Shown here piece by piece: positions 56,910-64,000 of a stretch of 64,000 nt of DNA. Location: contig JAYWIR010000050.1 of assembly GCA_036172245.1 (NCBI GenBank), positions 248,001-312,000 on the forward strand, read 5' to 3'. Under the pieces are notes generated by a model. The model ran no database searches, was not told where the DNA came from, and was given only the letters and a program-made list of their open reading frames with translations. This DNA is from Raillietiella orientalis. Taxonomy: Eukaryota. Positions within the stretch are counted from its first letter, which is position 1; every line of letters starts with the position of its first letter. Position numbers and translations under genes: made by a program.

Positions 56910-57240
56910 TGCTCTGCGCGGCCACCGCTCTGCCCGCCCCCGCAACCGCCACTCGGCCACCGCTCGTTGCGGAAATGCGCGCGGCCATGCCGGGCCAGCG
57001 CGAATGCCCCATGCGAGGGTGGCAACCCTGAACCGCCCTGCCCGGATGCAGCAGCAGCCAGCCGGCTACCGTGAAGATGCAGCAGGAATCCTCTCGAGGA
57101 GGAGGCGGGAGAAAAAAACCACTGCACACACACAGGGAATCACACGCATCGGTCATTAGTACGTGGAAGCACGAAAGAGTGCAGCTTTGTAACCTTTCTG
57201 AGAGGTGAGATCTGCCGGAAGGTGAGGCTTCTTCGTTTCC
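56880..57240 (-). promoter_or_regulatory. CpG-island-like promoter/5'UTR of PARP1
   Basis: Sharp GC/CpG-rich block spanning and upstream of the start codon, within otherwise AT-rich DNA. Confidence 0.6.
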
Positions 57241-60200
57241 CATTAAACCTGAAGTACATTCGGTTTCAACACAAATTCAATCATAAACCGGCGTTTTTCT
57301 TCTTCTTCGTCCACTTGATTTTCCACGGAAGCTACCAGAATCGATTTTCATTAGGTAATATCCAATCCTATTGAGGCTGATCATGATTAGGTCATGTCAC
57401 CTACAAAACGCACAAATAAAACATAGAAAATGCCTCGTAAGAATGGAAACACAAAGATTAAATCAACAAAGCAGTTTAGGCGATTGGGAATGATAATTCC
57501 AACCGTACAAGCGTGCTTAGTAAAATATTGTATAATACGCTGTTGGAATGGATATTTCGAATTTCCCACATTTTCCCCCATTCGCAGGTAGCTAGGTATA
57601 CATACAAGACCTTCATTCCGTATTGATGATATTGCATAAGAAACATCAGCCTTATCTTGGCAAAACAAAAGTATATCATAGCGAAAATGAGAATCTGAAG
57701 TGTTTTCAAAATCATGTCGCGTCTCACTTTTATCAAGAAACTGGAATGCATTAGCAACACCAATTAAAATGGGTCCGTTTTGATATTCGGACTTTGCAAT
57801 TAGCAGAACTGGAACCACGTTCCTGCGAGTGGAAATGGAAGAGGCATCGCATATGCCAGTTCACTTTCATGAAATGGAACTGACATTGTTTAATAATGAA
57901 AGTAGGCTCATTAATGTCTTACTAATCTGATACTGTTAATGACAGTGCCGTTTCAGAACTTATTCATGCCCCTCTCCCGACTTCCTTGACGTCTATGTTG
58001 GAATTTGGGAATGATCTACTTTGTGTCAAGGTGAGCTTTCAATACGCATAGTCGTCGGTGGTATTTCAATTTTGTTCTTCAACCATCAGGATTTTTATCA
58101 TTCCGAAAGTCCAGAAACGTTGTTTGTACCGTTTCACTATGTTCAAGACTGATTGTCAACTGCACATATAGAAAAAAATCAGAAAAAATGCGTCAGTTCT
58201 TTTCCTTTTTTCTTAAGCACGTACAAGAAATATTTGCGGAAGCATTTTCTAACTGAAAATTTACTATACTTCCTTATGAATGATTGCTTGTGCAATTTTG
58301 CATTACTTTGAAAGAAGCAACCCCACATCCAACAAGCAAAGTATGGATGGAGCACACAGATGCGACCGACGTGCACCGGTGAAGAACCAGCTTTTTCTTT
58401 TCCTTTCTTCGGGAAGAATGCGGTTATTAGATCCTTCCTCGAATTCAAATATATATAATTACATTTGAACTCAGATATTACATGTGAAAGGCATTACTTG
58501 TGAATTTGCCGAATGAAATAATTTCCAGTGGAGCCACATGCAAAAATTTTAATGAGAATCCACATGCATTGAAATTTTAAATTCAAACTTTAAAAGGAGA
58601 AGTTTTAAACAGTAGCATTTTATAAAGATTTCGAAATCAGAGTCATGAAATTGGAATTCTCAAGATTTTAATTCCAAGAAGGAGTAGCTGATAATGCTCA
58701 ATTTGTAAAGAAAGTTGATTAAGCTAGTTTACCAGTACTTGAAAGATTACTTCCAGTGAAGAACTTGATAAAGAAATAGTATGCAGTTTCTAGGTAATGA
58801 ATTTCCCAAAAATTTAACTTTGATTCCTTTCAATAACAACTTCCTCTATAATTTGTTAATATAATATATAATTGCAAACCTATTAGCCAATAAGTCAGGA
58901 GTTTGTGGTCCTTTATAGAACTGTTTCAAGGGTTTAATACCCCTCAAAATAAAGGTTAGTTAGTTTTTAGAGTTCTTTGCTTTCATGGAAAAAGCTTAAT
59001 GGAATTAAGAGTTGAAAAAATGCTCTTCTTAAACTGTGAACTTATAGACTTTCACACTTTTGCAAAAAGAATCCCTATGAGCATGAATCAAAAAAAAAAA
59101 AAACTCAACTTGCGACTCGATGCATTAAATATCAAAAAGTATAAGCAACGAGGGTCAAGCTGATTACTATTAATGCAAAGCAAAATTTACAAATATTAAA
59201 AACGTAGCTAAGGACACAATCCATGGTTAAACAATGGTTCAACATACATTACTTTGCATACTTTAGAAAGAGCTGAACTGAGGGATGAGAATGCAAATTT
59301 TGAATCTGAATAGATTTTTCATTCCCGCAAAGCAAGTTAGAATGCAAGAGCCTCTTAGACTGGGCCGATATGAAACCGCAGTCTGCAAAGGTCATATATC
59401 GGATGACTGTGCTGACGTTGCAATCGGTTCATTATGAATTTAAATGCGCTAAAAACAATTTCAGAAATTCGGATTTTGAGATATCAATGTAATCGTGACC
59501 TTAGATTAGTACTATTATATTTTGCAAATATGATTTGTGGAATATGTGATGCATATTTAACACTGTGAATTTTACTGTAGGTGGTTAGAAGCCACAGTTA
59601 GTTTCTCAAACAGCTAGAAGCACGATGTGATTCCAGCTCCAGAACGGAATCGCAGTCTCAAGGCACGCAGTCACTGATACTTATGATTCAGAATACCACC
59701 AAATAAATTATGCGAATAAACAGTCAATACAAAATTGAACTTTGTCATGGACCGTTGCTCAATCATATGGGACTTTTGGAATCACCAATTAACTTATCGT
59801 TTCAATTTTCATAATGTGCAGGATGATTCAGAAAATTTGAGTTTTATAACGAGAAAAGAGTCGTGTTTTTCGTTAATTTAAAAACAAGTCGATTATCTCC
59901 TGTTGACTTTTCAGGTTCTAGTCACAGTTATTAGGGTTTGGACTGACAATAAACTAAATACCAATCGTCCTTCTGATTGCAGACCTAGTTCACATACATC
60001 CCGTTGACTTGTATGTTTTGCTTGACTAAAAATTTTGCAATAGCAAGAGTATATCACCACTGTATGGATTCTATCAATATTCTGAATCTTTTCATTTTAT
60101 AATAATGTGTCTCATTATTATTTCATGTCTCTGACATTTCGTTTCCTCAAGCTTTCAAATGTTTCGAAGAAATGTATATGCATATGCTTTATGGGATTAA

Positions 60201-60313
60201 GCTTCTATTTCCCATATTTTTCTCAGTTTTTGGTAAAAACTGATAAGCAATCTCATTTCCCTCACTCTATGAAACTTGGAACATCGAAAACTAAAATGTG
60301 AAAGACAAAACAA

Positions 60314-60333
60314 AGAGAGAGAGAGAGAGAGAG
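60314..60333. repeat. (AG)10 microsatellite upstream of importin-beta
   Basis: Seen directly. Confidence 0.9.
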
Positions 60334-60786
60334 AAACGTACAAAAATGCTATACAGCTGGTCATTCATTTTATTTAGAAACGCTTTTTAGGTAAATATGC
60401 ACAAAATTCACTTCTCTATTTCAGCCCAACAATTAGCTCTCTGTATGGTAGTTTCAATTACATAACGGATTATTGAATATAATACACTTGAAGCTTTTAT
60501 ATGAACAATACATGTGAATATAGAATTCTAAATCATGAGAAAATTTTTCGTCAACACATCTCATGGATCTAATCGTAGGATTGTGAGATTATATCTGATT
60601 ACATGGAAGTTGAAATTTTCAGGAATTATCGTTTCCGTGTAAGTAATAGGGAACTGTGCTTTTTAACTAAAAACGTAACGTAATATTGGGAGTGCAGACA
60701 GAATGCCGAAACAAAGTGACGTGATGAATGTCCGCATGACAATTCAGTGTGGCTTTGCTGTGCAGTGATTAGGAAAGGGAAAAACC

Positions 60787-63700
60787 ATGAGTGCAGGAGA
60801 AGGTTTAACGTTAATTAGTATTTTGGAAAAAACCACATCACCAGGTAAATAATATGATTGCTTTGGAGTCGAATTTTCGCGAAATGTCGAATTGGCGGTT
60901 GGTTATTAATTCATGTGTGTAATGTATTTCCAGATAAACATGAACTGGAAACCGCCTTGCGATTTCTGGAGCAAACTGCTCAATCAAATTTTGTGAGTTA
61001 AGGATTATTCACGTTTCAGTTCTTACATTTTTTTTGCTCACCAGGCGGATTTTCTTAAAGGTTTATCGGATGTTCTGGCTCAGACTGAAAACAGCCAGAC
61101 TGTCCGAATGGCAGCTGGACTGCAGATTAAAAATCAGTTAACGTCCAAGGATGCGGATAAAAAAATTCAGCATCAGCAACGATGGTTGTCGTTGAGTCCA
61201 GAAATCAGGACTTATGTTAAACAAAATGTAAGTTATTTGCAAGGTATTAAACTCTATGCATGTATGATATAGATGTTGGATATTAATGTGTTTTATGTCA
61301 CAGTGTCTTTCAGCACTTGGCACTGAAAATCAGCATCCTAGTTCCAGTGCCCAGTGTGTTGCATATATTGCTGTTGCAGAACTTCCCAATCAAGAATGGC
61401 AAGATTTGATATCTCTGCTGACACAGAATGTTACTAATATTGCAAATTCTGAATCTTTGAGAGAAGCAACACTAGAGGCAATAGGCTATATTTGTCAGGA
61501 TATTGTAAGCTACTCCGTTTTAATGAATAGAATTTAATGAGGAAATAGGAACCAGAAGTTTTAACATCAAAGGCCAACGAGATTTTAACAGCTATTGTGC
61601 ATTCTATGACTCATGATAATAATGATCATGTAAAATTAGCAGCAACTACAGCATTGTACAATTCCCTGGAGTTCACAAAAGCAAATTTTGAAGTAGAAGT
61701 GAGTGCAGAATTTATGTTCACACGATCTTTTGTATTTTTGTTGTGCCTTGTAGACTGAAAGACATGTCATAATGCAAGTGATTTGTGAAGCTACTCAGTC
61801 TCCAAATGTACAAGTAAGGGTAGCAGCATTGCAGTGTCTTGTGAAAATCATGTCACTTTATTACCAATACATGGAGTATTACATGAGTCGTGCTTTATTT
61901 TCGGTAAGTTTGTGTGTAGCATTGCTCTTGTTTTAAGTTTGCACAGATAACTTTGGAAGCAATGAAAACAGATATTGATGAAGTGGCACTTCAAGGAATT
62001 GAGTTTTGGTCAAGTGTTTGTGATGAGGAGACAGATTTATCAATTGAGCTTTCAGAAGCTAAGGAGCAAGGACGCCCCCCAGAAAGAACTTCTATGCATT
62101 ATGCACAAGGTGCACTTCAGTTTCTGGTGCCCATATTAATACAAACGTTAACAAAACAGGTATACTCCATAAATGTATGTTGTTGACTCATTAGTGATTA
62201 GGAAGAATATGATGATGAAGATGATTGGAACCCAAATAAAGCAGCTGGAGTTTGTCTGATGCTTTTAAGCAGTTGTTGCACGAATGACATAATTCAGTAT
62301 ACATATCCATTTATCACGAAAAATCTAAAGCATCCTGAATGGCAGTACAGAGATGCTGCTGTTATGACATTAGGTAAGTTCTACTTTCAGTTAACCAGTG
62401 TATGAGTGGGTGGCATTAGTATTGACCACTAAATGGCTTTGATTTTAGGGTCCATTCTAGATGGCCCTGACTCAAGTTTATTACAGCCAATAGTGGAAGA
62501 TGCTGTGCCTACTTTGATTGAGCTCATGTATGATAGCAGTGTGGTGGTCAAGGATACGACTGCATGGGCAATCGGAAAAGTGTGTGAGGTTATACCTGAG
62601 GCTGTGAAAAAAGATTTATGTCGTCTTTTGGAAGCCTTAGTTGTTGGGTTAAAAGCTGAGCCGCGTGTTGCTGCAAATGTTTGTTGGGTGAGTGAGATTC
62701 CAATCTTTGTTAAGTACACATGATTCTGTGTGTGTGTAAATACATACATATACATATACAATGCACGCATATACAGATATGTGCATATATATATATGGAT
62801 ATATAGTTATATGACCCAACTGATAAATTTCTTGAATCATTGCATGGGATTTTTTCATGTGCAGGCTTTCACAAGTCTTGCTGAATCTGCTTACGAAAAT
62901 GCAGAACTTCTGGAGAATGAAAGTGAGCCTTCTACATATTGTTTATCCAAATACTTTGATGTCATCATGCAAGAACTATTGCAAACCACAGAACGACCTG
63001 ATGCACAGGTAGTGTCACCTGGAAATGTTGGCATTGCTCAAGGTCCCTTTAGGGCAATTTACGGAATGCTGCATATGAAGCTCTTATGGAAATGATCAAG
63101 AACTCTCCAAAGGATTGTTATCTAAGTGTTCAAAGGACGACATTAGTAATCTTAAGTCGCTTACAACACATCTTGCAGATGGAGCCACATATTCAGAATG
63201 CCACTGACCAAGCCCACTGTCATGATATTCAGTCCTTGCTATGTGCTACATTACAAAGTGTGCTTCGTAAAGTGACACCAGATGATGCTCCCAGAATATC
63301 AGATCCCATTATGATGGCTCTACTGCAGATGCTGAGCAATTCCTCATCTAAATGTGGTGGAGTGCAAGAGGATGCACTTCTGACTGTTTCTGTTTTAGTG
63401 GAAGTGTTAGGGGAAAAGTTCCTCAAATACATGGATACTTTCAAACAGTACCTGATTCTAGGACTGGAAAGTTATTCTGAGTGCCAAGTTTGCTTAGCAG
63501 CTGTTGGTGTTGTGGGAGACATTTGCCGTGCTATTGGTGTTGAAGTTTTAGTTTATACTGATGAGATTGTAACGATTCTTATTTCAATTTTGCATAATTT
63601 GGAAGTGCATCAATCAGTCAAACCTCAAATCCTGTCTGTATTTGGTGATATTGCTCTCGCCATTGGTTCTGAATTTCGTCGTTACTTAGATGTTGTAATG

Positions 63701-64000
63701 AATTATCTAAGACAAGCTTCTACTGTGGAAATAGATAAAGTATGTATTTTCTTCATTGATTGTCCTGTAATCCACTTGTTTCAGAACGATACTGACGTGG
63801 TAGATTATTTATCTGAATTGAGGGAAAGCTGCCTAGAAGCATACACAGGCATTGTTCAAGGTCTAAAAGCTGATGCAGGTCTTTTGCAACCTTTTGTGAC
63901 AGACATTGTTTGTTTTATTCAAACAATTGCTCAAGAACGTTGTAAAAATGATACATATATATCATCTGTTGCTGGTTTAATTGGAGATTTGTGTCAGATT
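60787..64000 (+). CDS. KPNB1: Importin subunit beta-1 (karyopherin beta 1/Ketel), 3' end beyond the window
   Basis: Exons 60787-60844, 60934-60992, 61045-61227, 61304-61504, 61549-61698, 61754-61903, 61947-62159, 62202-62373, 62449-62687, 62865-63008, 63053-63739 and 63785 to window end. Motifs: [50 protein letters not shown], acidic loop [56 protein letters not shown]. Confidence 0.96.

Noticed and set aside
59655..59680. AAGGCACGC matching the miR-124 seed region
   Set aside because: The rest of the mature sequence does not match and no precursor hairpin is evident.

Overview
Gene-dense window of an intron-containing animal genome. The PCGF3 and ALMS-motif sequences look arthropod-like, but the species cannot be fixed from sequence alone. 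Six conserved genes were reconstructed by hand, exon by exon: PCGF3/l(3)73Ah-like (-, 354-1340), an ALMS-motif centriolar protein (-, 9879-12373), the SPCA1/ATP2C1 Ca2+/Mn2+ pump (+, 24411-34562), a divergent Frizzled-1/2/7-type receptor (-, 37834-39975), the Aquarius helicase (+, 45322-51142) and PARP1 (-, 52529-56909). Importin-beta starts at 60787 (+) and runs off the window. An unrecognised, GC-rich, two-exon ORF of about 949 aa (-, 5383-9858) starts only 20 nt after the ALMS-gene stop codon. It would be joined in frame to the ALMS N-terminus if one exon were skipped, and it ends in an LxxIxE motif. This ALMS/orphan junction is the best candidate for an undescribed system. Other notable features: most introns are about 40-55 nt with weak pyrimidine tracts and frequent AAG acceptors; a U12-type intron splits the PARP1 catalytic Glu codon; a Cys/Met/acidic coding minisatellite ends Aquarius; promoters are CpG-island-like over CpG-poor gene bodies; and several decayed L1/Tx1-like retrotransposon fragments are present. 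No tRNA, rRNA or CRISPR array was seen. All homology calls are from recalled motifs, not database searches.
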